A DNA stretch of 64,000 nt from contig CAZKGL010000001.1 in NCBI GenBank assembly GCA_964552565.1, positions 237,113 to 301,112 on the forward strand. Reading direction: 5' to 3'. The notes beneath the pieces are model-generated. The model had not been told where the DNA came from. It was given only the letters and a program-made list of their open reading frames with translations, and made no database searches. Both the position numbers and the translations under genes were made by a program. Source of the stretch: an uncultured Gammaproteobacteria bacterium. GTDB lineage: Bacteria > Patescibacteriota > Patescibacteriia > UBA9934. Shown piece after piece: positions 53,880 to 64,000 of the stretch (its first letter is position 1; each line of letters starts with the position of its first letter).

Positions 53880-55541
53880 ATGGAGGGCTATTTGTTCGTG
53901 GAAGTCGGAGCGGTCATCGTCGTCGCAGGGCTCTTTTCGGTATTGGCGTACCGGCTCCGGCAGCCGCTGATCATTGCATACATCCTGACCGGCGTCCTCG
54001 TGGGGCCGGGCGTGTTCGGGCTCGTCCATTCGCCCGAGATCTTCGCCGGGCTCTCGCAGATCGGCATCGCGTTCCTCTTGTTCATCGTCGGCCTCAACCT
54101 GAACTGGCGCAACGTGCGTGAAGTCGGCGGCGTGGCGTTCCTCGGCGGCGTCTCGCAGGTCGTCTTCACCTCGCTCCTCGGGTACGCCATCGCGCGGCTC
54201 CTCGACTTCGACGCGACGACCAGCATCTTCCTCGCTATCGCGTTCTCGTTCTCGTCGACCATCATCATCGTCAAGCTGCTCTCGGACAAGGAGGACCTCG
54301 ACCGGCTGTACGGACGCATCGCCGTCGGCATGCTCATCGTGCAGGACATCATCGCGATGTTCCTGCTCCTCGGTATCGCCGCATTACGCGACGGCGGCGC
54401 GCTCACGACGGTCCTCACGGTGTCGCTCGGCAAAGGCGCGCTGGTCCTCGTCGCGCTTTTCGTCATTACGCGGTTCATGCTCCCGCCGCTCTTCAAGTTC
54501 GCCGCACGGTCGCAGGAGCTGCTCTTCCTTATCGCCATCGCGTGGTGTTTCGCCATCGCGTCCGCGCTCCTTGCGGTCGGCTTCGGCATCGAGATCGGCG
54601 CGCTCATGGCCGGCATCAGCCTCGCGGGGACCGGGTTCCAGCACGACATCGAGGCGAAGGTGCGCCCGCTGCGCGACTTCTTCCTCATCATCTTCTTCAT
54701 CGTGCTCGGCACGCAGCTCACCGTGTCCGCGGTGGCGACGCTGTGGCTGCCGGCGCTCATCATGAGCCTCTACGTCCTCATCGGGAACCCGCTGATCGCC
54801 ATGGCCATCATGCGCCTCATGGGCTACCACCCGCGCAGCGCGTTTTTGACCGGTACGACCGTCGCGCAGATCAGCGAGTTCTCGTTCATCTTGCTCTCCG
54901 GCGGCATGGCGGCCGGGCTTGTCGCGCAGGAGTCCATCCCGCTCGCGACCGCCGTGGCCCTCGTGACGATTACGCTTTCGTCGTACCTCATCGAATACAA
55001 CGAACAGGTCTACGAGCGCCTCGCATTCGTCTTTGAGCGGTTCGGCCTCGGTCACCGCGCCGAAGGGCATCGCGCGAAAGTCCCGGACTATATCCTCTTC
55101 GGGTACAACCGCATGGGCAGGCGGCTCTTGCCGCAGCTCGAGGCGTTGCCGGGGCAGACGGTCGTCGTCGACTACAACCCTACGGTCATCGACGAGCTTG
55201 CGGAACACGGCGTCCCGAGCATGTACGGCGACGCGGGCAGCGAGGACGTGCTGCGGTTCCTCCACGCGGAGAAAGCGAAGCTCCTTGTGTCGACCGTGCC
55301 CGACATCGAAGTGACGAAGGACATGTTGGACTATTTCCGCGCCCACCGCGCGCGCGGCACCATTATCGTCACGGCGCGCAGCGCCGACGAAGCGGCGCAG
55401 TGCTACGGCCTTGGCGCAACGTACGTGGTTATCCCCAGCGTGCTTGGCGGCGAGGCCTTGGGGCAGTACCTTAAGGCGAAGAAGACGACAAAGTCGGGCT
55501 GGCAGGCGCTGGCGCGAAAGCAAGAACATCATGAACGATAG
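53880..55541 (+). CDS. CPA2 cation:proton antiporter with C-terminal TrkA-N (Kef-type)
   Basis: RQPLIIAYILTGVLVGP, FSSTIIIVKLL, VQD, AQISEFSFI, GYNRMG, YGDA. Confidence 0.9.
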   Translation: MEGYLFVEVGAVIVVAGLFSVLAYRLRQPLIIAYILTGVLVGPGVFGLVHSPEIFAGLSQIGIAFLLFIVGLNLNWRNVREVGGVAFLGGVSQVVFTSLLGYAIARLLDFDATTSIFLAIAFSFSSTIIIVKLLSDKEDLDRLYGRIAVGMLIVQDIIAMFLLLGIAALRDGGALTTVLTVSLGKGALVLVALFVITRFMLPPLFKFAARSQELLFLIAIAWCFAIASALLAVGFGIEIGALMAGISLAGTGFQHDIEAKVRPLRDFFLIIFFIVLGTQLTVSAVATLWLPALIMSLYVLIGNPLIAMAIMRLMGYHPRSAFLTGTTVAQISEFSFILLSGGMAAGLVAQESIPLATAVALVTITLSSYLIEYNEQVYERLAFVFERFGLGHRAEGHRAKVPDYILFGYNRMGRRLLPQLEALPGQTVVVDYNPTVIDELAEHGVPSMYGDAGSEDVLRFLHAEKAKLLVSTVPDIEVTKDMLDYFRAHRARGTIIVTARSADEAAQCYGLGATYVVIPSVLGGEALGQYLKAKKTTKSGWQALARKQEHHER

Positions 55542-55546
55542 ACCAT

Positions 55547-56080
55547 ATGGAACGACAAGAATGGCGCGGCGCGCCGCCGATTGACCTGCGCAAGCAAGAA
55601 GTCCGCGAATGGGCGGAGGAGCGCGGGCCCGAAGACGAACCGACGAACGTGGAGGAGTTGCCTGCGGCCGAACCGGAGCCGACGTCTGAAGCGGATGCAC
55701 TCGAGGAGTTGCGGCAGGACGAGGACTTCGCACATGCCGAGCGCTACCATGAAGGTCTTGAGCACTTCCGTGGTGACTTGCAGCACATCGTCGAAACCGG
55801 ATCGCTTGGTTCGTATGACAATGAAGGCAACCTCTCGTCTGTCGTCAACAAGGATTTGTCGAAGCAGGTTGCGGAGGTCATGAAATCGCGCGACTGGGAC
55901 GAGGCCGCCGCGGCGCTGTACGTCGCTGCGCAATGGCGCCAACATGCGCTCGAGTCGTATAGCGCCATCCTTGACCGTGCGAATGACGCGACCATGCGCC
56001 GGATCATTATCGAAAAGATGCATGCAGTCGAGAAGATGGTCGTCCACGGAGCCGACCAGAAACGCGTGTCCAGCATGTAG
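55547..56080 (+). CDS. hypothetical protein
   Basis: 177-aa ORF starting 6 nt after the antiporter stop. Confidence 0.65.
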   Translation: MERQEWRGAPPIDLRKQEVREWAEERGPEDEPTNVEELPAAEPEPTSEADALEELRQDEDFAHAERYHEGLEHFRGDLQHIVETGSLGSYDNEGNLSSVVNKDLSKQVAEVMKSRDWDEAAAALYVAAQWRQHALESYSAILDRANDATMRRIIIEKMHAVEKMVVHGADQKRVSSM

Positions 56081-56092
56081 TTTCCGCGGCGC

Positions 56093-56134
56093 TTGACGAC
56101 GGTTCAGTTAGCACTCTATAATCCCGAGTGCTAA
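56093..56134 (+). promoter_or_regulatory. CIRCE operator overlapping the hrcA promoter
   Basis: TTAGCACTC-N9-GAGTGCTAA at 56108-56134 with TATAAT in the spacer; TTGACG at 56093. Confidence 0.97.
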
Positions 56135-56136
56135 CT

Positions 56137-56850
56137 ATGTTGAACGATCGTCAAGCGAAAATTTTGCGCGCCGTCGTCGAGGAGTACATCCGTACTGCCG
56201 AGCCGGTGGCGTCAAAGACGATTACGGACAAGTACGTGTCGGCGGTATCGCCGGCCACGGTTCGCAATGATTTGATGGCCTTGACTGAGGCCCTCTTTTT
56301 GTTGCAGCCACACACCTCTGCCGGCCGCGTGCCGACGGAGCAGGGGTACCGCTATTACCTCGACAACTTCCTCAAGGTGGAGCGCGCCGAACGTGTCGCC
56401 GCGGAGCTGAAAGCTGCGGTGACGCATGCGCAGACGCCGGAAGCCGTGCTCCGCGCCGTGTCGCGCGCACTCGTCGACCTGTCCGGGGAGACCGCGTTCG
56501 TGGCGAGCGACGAACACGGCTCGCAGTATGCCGGCCTGGCGAACCTCATGCGCAAGCCCGAGTTCGAGGACGCGGAGCGGCGCGAGAAGATTGCGCACGC
56601 CATCGACCACGTCGATCACGCCGTGGCCGAACTGCTGGAACTCGCCGGCGAAGACGTCCGCGTGTGGATGGGAAACGAAAATCCGTTGTCTGCCGAAATG
56701 GCGACCGTCGTCGTGCGCGTCCGCCTGCCGGACGGCAGCATCGGCCTCCTCGGCCTCCTCGGCCCCTTGCGTATGCGCTACGGCCGCAACATCGGCCTCC
56801 TCCAAGAGGTGAAACGCATGCTCGATACCACATTTGAAGAACGTGAATAG
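56137..56850 (+). CDS. hrcA: heat-inducible transcription repressor HrcA (short form)
   Basis: RQAKILRAVVEEYI..AEPVAS, SPATVRN, QPHTSAGRVPT..GYRYY, LGPLRMRY. Confidence 0.95.
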   Translation: MLNDRQAKILRAVVEEYIRTAEPVASKTITDKYVSAVSPATVRNDLMALTEALFLLQPHTSAGRVPTEQGYRYYLDNFLKVERAERVAAELKAAVTHAQTPEAVLRAVSRALVDLSGETAFVASDEHGSQYAGLANLMRKPEFEDAERREKIAHAIDHVDHAVAELLELAGEDVRVWMGNENPLSAEMATVVVRVRLPDGSIGLLGLLGPLRMRYGRNIGLLQEVKRMLDTTFEERE

Positions 56851-56852
56851 CT

Positions 56853-57350
56853 ATGACGGATGAACAGCACAACACAATAGACGGGGTCCCCGCACCCCGT
56901 CCGAGCGATGACCTCCAAGCGAAGTGCGACGAGTATCTCGCCGGATGGAAACGCGCGCTGGCCGACTACGAAAACTTGCAAAAGCATAACGCACAGGAAC
57001 GCGAGAACGACCGACGCCGCATCCGCACGAACCTCGCGCTCGACCTCCTGCCCGTCGTCGACAACTTCGACCAGGCGCTCAAGTTCGCTCCGAAGGACGT
57101 CGATGCGAACTGGTTCGCCGGCGTCGCGCACATCGCGCGGCAGTTCGCGGAGGCGCTCAAGAACATGGGCATCGAACCCATCGAGTCCGTCGGCCATGTC
57201 TTTGACCCGAACCTCCACGAGAGCGGCGGGTCGCGCTGGGAGGACGACACGCCGGAGGGCGTGGTCATCGAAGAAGTCATCCGCGGATGGAAGATGGGCG
57301 ATATGGTCATCCGTCCTGCAAAAGTCATCGTGAACCAAAAATCCGAATAA
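56853..57350 (+). CDS. grpE: nucleotide exchange factor GrpE
   Basis: [33 protein letters not shown]. Confidence 0.96.
   Translation: MTDEQHNTIDGVPAPRPSDDLQAKCDEYLAGWKRALADYENLQKHNAQERENDRRRIRTNLALDLLPVVDNFDQALKFAPKDVDANWFAGVAHIARQFAEALKNMGIEPIESVGHVFDPNLHESGGSRWEDDTPEGVVIEEVIRGWKMGDMVIRPAKVIVNQKSE
56877..56901. repeat. REP palindrome in-frame in the grpE 5' end
   Basis: ATAGACGGGG-TCCCCGCA-CCCCGTC identical to 43612-43636; encodes IDGVPAPRP. Confidence 0.8.
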
Positions 57351-59249
<1,899 letters not shown>

Positions 59250-59252
59250 CCT

Positions 59253-59849
59253 ATGCGCAAATTAAGTAGTGAGACAAAGATGGGCCAGGTTCTAGAAACC
59301 GCAAATTATATCTCACGCTTAATTTCTCAGATAGAACAGGGGGATCTTGATGCGGCAAGAAGTCTTGCGACAAACGTCTCGAAAGTTCTTCTTAAGGACA
59401 AGTATGCCAGGACATCACGCCTGTCCGACCTTGCAACCGAAGTTGGTGTCCCGTTGAACGTTTTCTTCAAGCCACCCGTCGATACCGTGCAAAAACTTGC
59501 AAGGATTGGGATCCCGGCCCCTACGATTGTGTACGAAGGAGAAACGTTCTCGTGTGAGCCCACTGAACCGTGGCAGGTCCAGACTTCCCTTGAAGAATTC
59601 CTGGGTTCGCGTTGCTTCTGGATTAAAGGAACAGAGATTTCATTCGAAACGGTTCTGAAGACTGTGCGAGATAAGTTGGATGCGCACTTAGACGACGCAC
59701 TACCCGATGAGTACATTCTTATGCAGGGGGTCGGCATCGGAGGTGCGCAAGGTTACGGGAGGCCTATCTACGCCCTGGGTAAATTGACCCTTGAGTTAAT
59801 CGATGTGGTGTATGGAGGATGGAAGATGCGCTACGGCGAGCTTCGATAG
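59253..59849 (+). CDS. hypothetical protein, visibly lower GC than its neighbours
   Basis: 198-aa ORF with many A/T-ending codons. Confidence 0.65.
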   Translation: MRKLSSETKMGQVLETANYISRLISQIEQGDLDAARSLATNVSKVLLKDKYARTSRLSDLATEVGVPLNVFFKPPVDTVQKLARIGIPAPTIVYEGETFSCEPTEPWQVQTSLEEFLGSRCFWIKGTEISFETVLKTVRDKLDAHLDDALPDEYILMQGVGIGGAQGYGRPIYALGKLTLELIDVVYGGWKMRYGELR

Positions 59850-60321
59850 ACAACCTACGGAGATTCACAGGCGCATCATCGCGTTATTAGATGAGAAGGA
59901 CGTCCAGTACACGACGGCGCATCATGACCCGACGTATACGAGCGAGCAAGCGTCACAGATGCGCAACGTCCCGATGCATGCCGGCGCAAAGGCGCTGGTG
60001 ATGCGCGGGAAGAAAACCGGGGCGCACTGGCTGTTCGTCATGCCGGCCGACCTTCGGCTCGACACGAAAAAGGCGCAAGCGGTCGTTGGCGAACCTGTCT
60101 GCTTTGCACCGGAACCCGAGGAAGTGACCGGGTGCGTGAAGGGGAGCGTGCCGCCGTTCGGGAGCGCCATCGGCCTGAAAACGTACTGCGACACGCGACT
60201 CGCCGAGAACGAAACGATCCATTTCAACGCCGGCAGCCTCACGGATTCCGTCTCGATGCGTTATCATGACTACGTCGCCATCGAGCAGCCGACACTTGTC
60301 GAGATTGCCGCAGCGGCCTAA
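59812..60321 (+). CDS. YbaK/ProX aminoacyl-tRNA deacylase family; start uncertain
   Basis: HHDPTYTSE, GAKAL, VTGCVKGSVPPFG, FNAGSLTDSV. Confidence 0.85.
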   Translation: MEDGRCATASFDRQPTEIHRRIIALLDEKDVQYTTAHHDPTYTSEQASQMRNVPMHAGAKALVMRGKKTGAHWLFVMPADLRLDTKKAQAVVGEPVCFAPEPEEVTGCVKGSVPPFGSAIGLKTYCDTRLAENETIHFNAGSLTDSVSMRYHDYVAIEQPTLVEIAAAA

Positions 60322-60332
60322 GGTCCCTCTCT

Positions 60333-61295
60333 ATGCGCAGATTCGAAACCGGAGGTTTCCTCCTCGGTGTCGTCGCCGTCATGGCGGTCGCCACCTTCGC
60401 GTACATCGGCTTCATGCTTGCCCGTGACCCGCAGAAGGCGGAGACGGTGTCGGAAGGCATTGAAGAGGCGACCGAGACCACCGAGGTCGTGGCGGCGACG
60501 GAGGCGACTGCGGAGTCGCAGGCGCTCCACGACCGGTATGTCGCACTCGGGTACCCGGACGACGCCGCATTGCCGGCGGAGTTCGTTGCGGAAATCCTCG
60601 TCGCGTACGAGTCTGGGAAGCTCCCGGTGGTCGACCAGCTCGCGCACGGCGACGACGGCAATTACGCCGTCATCGTCTCGGCGGCGGAGATCGGTGCGCC
60701 CAATCCGAATTACTGCGGCCTCTACGGCCAAGATGTCTGCTTCTTGCTCTACCATGATGACGAGGGGACCGAGGTATTGACGGTATTCGACGCGATCCGC
60801 GGAAGCCCGCAGGCGACCATGGGCAGCCCGATCCTCGAAGAGTTCCTTGGCGACGGCTCGTTGCTTGTCGTCGCGGCGTCCGGCGACGGACCGGAGGTGA
60901 ACGAAAAGGGATATGCGGTCGTGCCGGGGTCGCCGGGGAACGTGTTCGAAGTCGCTGCGGTCAGCATGACGCTGTCGCCGCCGCTGCGGGCCACCGTCTC
61001 GGTTCGCGGCGAGGCCGAGCACGCGCTGACATTCGCCATGGAAGAAACCGGGCAGAAAGTCGCCGGCGACCTCGTCATCACCGACATGCGCATTGCGGTG
61101 TCCGATGACAGCGGCGACCTTGGCGTTCTCGAAGGTTCGTACAACGCGGACACGGAGACCGCAGTCAGCGTCGACTACGCGAAGACGTTTTCGGACAGTC
61201 TGTTCGTCATCGACGACCGCTTCGGCATCAACGTCTGGGTGCTCGGCACCCTGTACCGGTACGACGGCAGTACGTTTACTGAAGTCACTGAATAA
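60333..61295 (+). CDS. membrane-anchored acidic hypothetical protein
   Basis: N-terminal TM, 320-aa ORF. Confidence 0.75.
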   Translation: MRRFETGGFLLGVVAVMAVATFAYIGFMLARDPQKAETVSEGIEEATETTEVVAATEATAESQALHDRYVALGYPDDAALPAEFVAEILVAYESGKLPVVDQLAHGDDGNYAVIVSAAEIGAPNPNYCGLYGQDVCFLLYHDDEGTEVLTVFDAIRGSPQATMGSPILEEFLGDGSLLVVAASGDGPEVNEKGYAVVPGSPGNVFEVAAVSMTLSPPLRATVSVRGEAEHALTFAMEETGQKVAGDLVITDMRIAVSDDSGDLGVLEGSYNADTETAVSVDYAKTFSDSLFVIDDRFGINVWVLGTLYRYDGSTFTEVTE

Positions 61296-61303
61296 TCTCT
61301 CGC

Positions 61304-61690
61304 ATGAACCCGCAAAAAGAATACGCGCTCCTGTGTGAATTCCTGACGCAGTCCGCGAACGGCTTGTACAGTTACCTGCATGTGTTCGACCGCACCAACT
61401 TCAAGGAGGGCGCGCCGCTCATGCTGAACGCCAACCTCGCGGTGCGCTTCCGTGGCATGCCGGACGGCGCGAACCTCGAAATCTACATGACCGACGACAC
61501 GAACACGCTGCTCGACAAAGGCACGGTGTTCAAACAGCAGGTGAAGGGCAGCAACGTGCATATCATCGCGAAGATCCGCGGTCTCGTCGTGCCGCGTCAC
61601 GGCGAGTACCGCTTCGCCGCGCGCATCGACGGGGGCGAGCCGGTCGCGTTGTGCGCGTGGATGGCGGACAAAGCCCCGGTGTCCTCGTGA
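61304..61690 (+). CDS. hypothetical beta-sandwich protein
   Basis: ALLCE...VFDR...GEYRF..RIDG; host-like codon use. Confidence 0.7.
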   Translation: MNPQKEYALLCEFLTQSANGLYSYLHVFDRTNFKEGAPLMLNANLAVRFRGMPDGANLEIYMTDDTNTLLDKGTVFKQQVKGSNVHIIAKIRGLVVPRHGEYRFAARIDGGEPVALCAWMADKAPVSS

Positions 61691-61691
61691 T

Positions 61692-61853
61692 ATGCTGATC
61701 CGCCGTCTGCTTGTTCGTACATTCTCGGCAATCTTCTCGGCGCTGTTGTGGTTGCTGACATTCAAGCGCGTCCGCTCCTGGCTTTGGCGCCGGGTGACGC
61801 GTCCGCCAAAGGCAGGGAAGGTGATCGATGCGGAAGGAAAGGTCATCGAGTAG
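61692..61853 (+). CDS. small basic membrane protein (53 aa)
   Basis: Manual ORF MLIRRLLVRTFSAIFSALLWLLTFKRVRSWLWRRVTRPPKAGKVIDAEGKVIE fills the gap before dnaJ. Confidence 0.55.
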   Translation: MLIRRLLVRTFSAIFSALLWLLTFKRVRSWLWRRVTRPPKAGKVIDAEGKVIE

Positions 61854-61871
61854 GACACCCGCTCGTTTGCT

Positions 61872-62927
61872 ATGGCAAAAGATTATTACGCAATGTTGGG
61901 TATCACGAAGTCCGCGAGTCAGGACGAGATTAAGGCCGCGTTTCGCAAGCTCGCGCACCAGCATCACCCGGACAAGGGCGGCGACGAGGCGAAGTTTAAG
62001 GAGATCAACGAGGCATACCAGATTCTTGGCGACGAAAAGAAGCGCGCACAGTACGACCAGTTTGGCGGTGCGGCGTTTGACGGTACCGGCAACTTCAACG
62101 GGGGTTTCGGCGGTTTCGGCCAAGGATTCGACCCCTCGATGTTTGGCGACCTCGGCGATATCCTGGGCGGCATGTTTGGCGGCATGGGGGGCGGGACGCG
62201 GCGCGCACGCGGCGGCGACATCGCGGTCGACGTCGCGCTGAGTTTTAAGGAGGCGGTGTTCGGCGTGGAAAAAGAGATCCCGCTCAACAAGTCGTTTGCG
62301 TGCGACCGTTGCGGCGGCGTCGGCGCGGAGCCGGGGACGGGCATGAAGAAATGCCACACCTGCAACGGCCAAGGCTACACCGTCGGTGCGCAGCGCACGG
62401 TGTTTGGCACCATGCAAACGCGCAGCGCATGCGGTACGTGCCACGGCCGCGGCGAAATCCCGGAAAAGCCGTGCAGCACCTGCAGCGGCAGCGGCGTCGT
62501 GCACACCCGCAAGACGATCCGCGTCGACATCCCACCTGGCGTCGAGGACGGCGTGCAGATCCGCGTGCGCGGGCAAGGAGAGGCGATCGGGGCGGCAGGC
62601 GAACCGGGCGACCTGTACCTGCAGGTCCACGTGCAGTCCGACCCGCGCTTCACGCGGGAAGGTGCTACAATTTACGTCACGAAGCCGGTTGGCTTTACGC
62701 AGGCCGCGCTCGGCGACGAGGTCGAAGTCGACACGGTTGACGGGAAGGTCAGCATGAAGATCCCGCCCGGAACGCAATCCGGCGACGAGTTGCGCTTGCG
62801 CGGCAAGGGCGTTGCAATCGGACGCGGGCGCGGCGACCAGATCGTCGTCATCCAGGTCGTGACCCCGAAAAAGCTTGGACGCAAGGAGCGGGAACTGCTC
62901 GAAGCATTGAATCTGCGCGAATCGTAA
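61872..62927 (+). CDS. dnaJ: chaperone DnaJ
   Basis: J domain HPD, G/F region, four CxxCxGxG repeats. Confidence 0.98.
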   Translation: MAKDYYAMLGITKSASQDEIKAAFRKLAHQHHPDKGGDEAKFKEINEAYQILGDEKKRAQYDQFGGAAFDGTGNFNGGFGGFGQGFDPSMFGDLGDILGGMFGGMGGGTRRARGGDIAVDVALSFKEAVFGVEKEIPLNKSFACDRCGGVGAEPGTGMKKCHTCNGQGYTVGAQRTVFGTMQTRSACGTCHGRGEIPEKPCSTCSGSGVVHTRKTIRVDIPPGVEDGVQIRVRGQGEAIGAAGEPGDLYLQVHVQSDPRFTREGATIYVTKPVGFTQAALGDEVEVDTVDGKVSMKIPPGTQSGDELRLRGKGVAIGRGRGDQIVVIQVVTPKKLGRKERELLEALNLRES

Positions 62928-62928
62928 T

Positions 62929-63630
62929 ATGGCGACACTGCTCGTCCTGCACGGCTGGGGGCACCACAAAGGAATGTGGACGTCGTTTGCGTCCATGATG
63001 CAGCCGGCGCTCCCGACGGTCGTCCTCGACCTGCCGGGTTTCGGCGACGAGCCGCTTGTTGACGCGAACTGGCAGATTCCCGACTACGCCCGTTGGGTCG
63101 CGGACGAGGTTGCGAAGCGCGGGCTCACGGATGTCATCATGCTCGGTCATTCGTTTGGCGGGCGGATCGCCGCATCTCTCGCCGCACAGCGACCGTCATG
63201 GCTCTGCGGACTCATCTTGTACGGCGCGCCGTGCCTGTACCGGCCGACTGCGCGCGTCGCGCTCCAAAATAGCGTTGCCCGGGTTCTCGGCCGCTTGCCG
63301 ATCCCCGCGTCGCTGCGCGCGATGGCGCGGAACGACGAAGACCGGGCGGCGCATGACGGCGGCCTCGGCGCCGTCTTCCGCAACACCGTGCGCTTCGACC
63401 AGACGTCGACCTTGCCGCGCATCGCCGTGCCGACGCTCCTCGTGTGGGGCGCGGAGGACGCGGACGTACCGCTTGGCATCGCGCGTGCAATGCTGGCGCT
63501 CATCCCGGGCGCAGCACTCGAGGTCATCGACCGCGCCGGTCACAACGCCCACCTTGACCAACCCGTGCTGTTTTACGGCATCATCACCCGCTATGTCGAA
63601 GCGCTCACGTCCGCTCATCCCGCTGCGTGA
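62929..63630 (+). CDS. alpha/beta hydrolase
   Basis: LHGWG, DLPGFG, GHSFGG, PTLLVWGAED, AGH. Confidence 0.9.
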   Translation: MATLLVLHGWGHHKGMWTSFASMMQPALPTVVLDLPGFGDEPLVDANWQIPDYARWVADEVAKRGLTDVIMLGHSFGGRIAASLAAQRPSWLCGLILYGAPCLYRPTARVALQNSVARVLGRLPIPASLRAMARNDEDRAAHDGGLGAVFRNTVRFDQTSTLPRIAVPTLLVWGAEDADVPLGIARAMLALIPGAALEVIDRAGHNAHLDQPVLFYGIITRYVEALTSAHPAA

Positions 63631-64000
63631 TTTTCTCTACATCCTGCAGCTTGAGGAATACGAGACGCTGCAGTACGCGCGGAGCGCCCGCCGGCTGTGG
63701 TGGGGGCATCATTTCGAGCGGCGTGACCGGCTCCGCTTTACCGCCCGCGCCAAGGCGACGTTCGCGGTTTCCGTCGTGCTCTTTATCGCGCTTGTGCTCC
63801 TGGCGGGCGTTCTTGCGAAAGGCCATGGTCTTGTCATGCTGGGATCGGCGGTCATTGGGTCGCTCCTGACGCCGCTCATCGTTGGCGTTGCCAACGTCCT
63901 GCTCCTGCCGGTGACCGCCGTCGCGAAGTGGCGCGTCGTCCGCGCGGCGTCGAAACGCATGGCGCACGCCGGCGGCAAGGCGACGGTCGTCGCGGTGGCG
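63593..64000 (+). CDS. probable Mur ligase (MurF-type with N-terminal membrane extension); runs off right edge
   Basis: Manual ORF from ATG 63593: LYILQLEEY...LRFTARA, TM helices, then ..VVAVA, where the Mur P-loop would be expected next. Confidence 0.55.
   Translation, partial: MSKRSRPLIPLRDFLYILQLEEYETLQYARSARRLWWGHHFERRDRLRFTARAKATFAVSVVLFIALVLLAGVLAKGHGLVMLGSAVIGSLLTPLIVGVANVLLLPVTAVAKWRVVRAASKRMAHAGGKATVVAVA

Overview
High-GC bacterial chromosomal DNA. Gene content and style point to Patescibacteria/CPR, probably an Uhrbacteria-like Parcubacterium (inference from SD-less 'ctATG' starts on housekeeping genes, CPR-type surface-protein C-termini, and MurF with an N-terminal membrane extension). 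Housekeeping backbone: ABC-F, tRNA-Gln, uvrB/uvrA/uvrC, mraZ-rsmH-ftsL, gpmI, nth, mltG, uvrD/pcrA, malic enzyme, ugd, two surface proteins, nrdJ-cobO, ftsI-like PBP, glmS, tRNA-Glu, a Kef-type antiporter, and CIRCE-hrcA-grpE-dnaK...dnaJ. Three things stand out. (1) About a dozen orphan genes are dispersed singly between core genes as self-contained units. Most have their own sigma70 promoter, a canonical GGAGG Shine-Dalgarno and a GC-rich terminator, and unrelated orphans share near-identical promoter, RBS and terminator modules. (2) A ~400-nt, apparently non-coding, highly base-paired transcription unit lies between mltG and uvrD, and there are two ~90-nt three-way-junction candidate small RNAs. 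(3) A REP-associated tyrosine transposase (RAYT) is present, and its REP palindrome also sits in-frame inside the RAYT gene itself, grpE and uvrD. No CRISPR array, rRNA, integrase or reverse transcriptase was seen. Family assignments are by-eye motif recognition; no database search was run.
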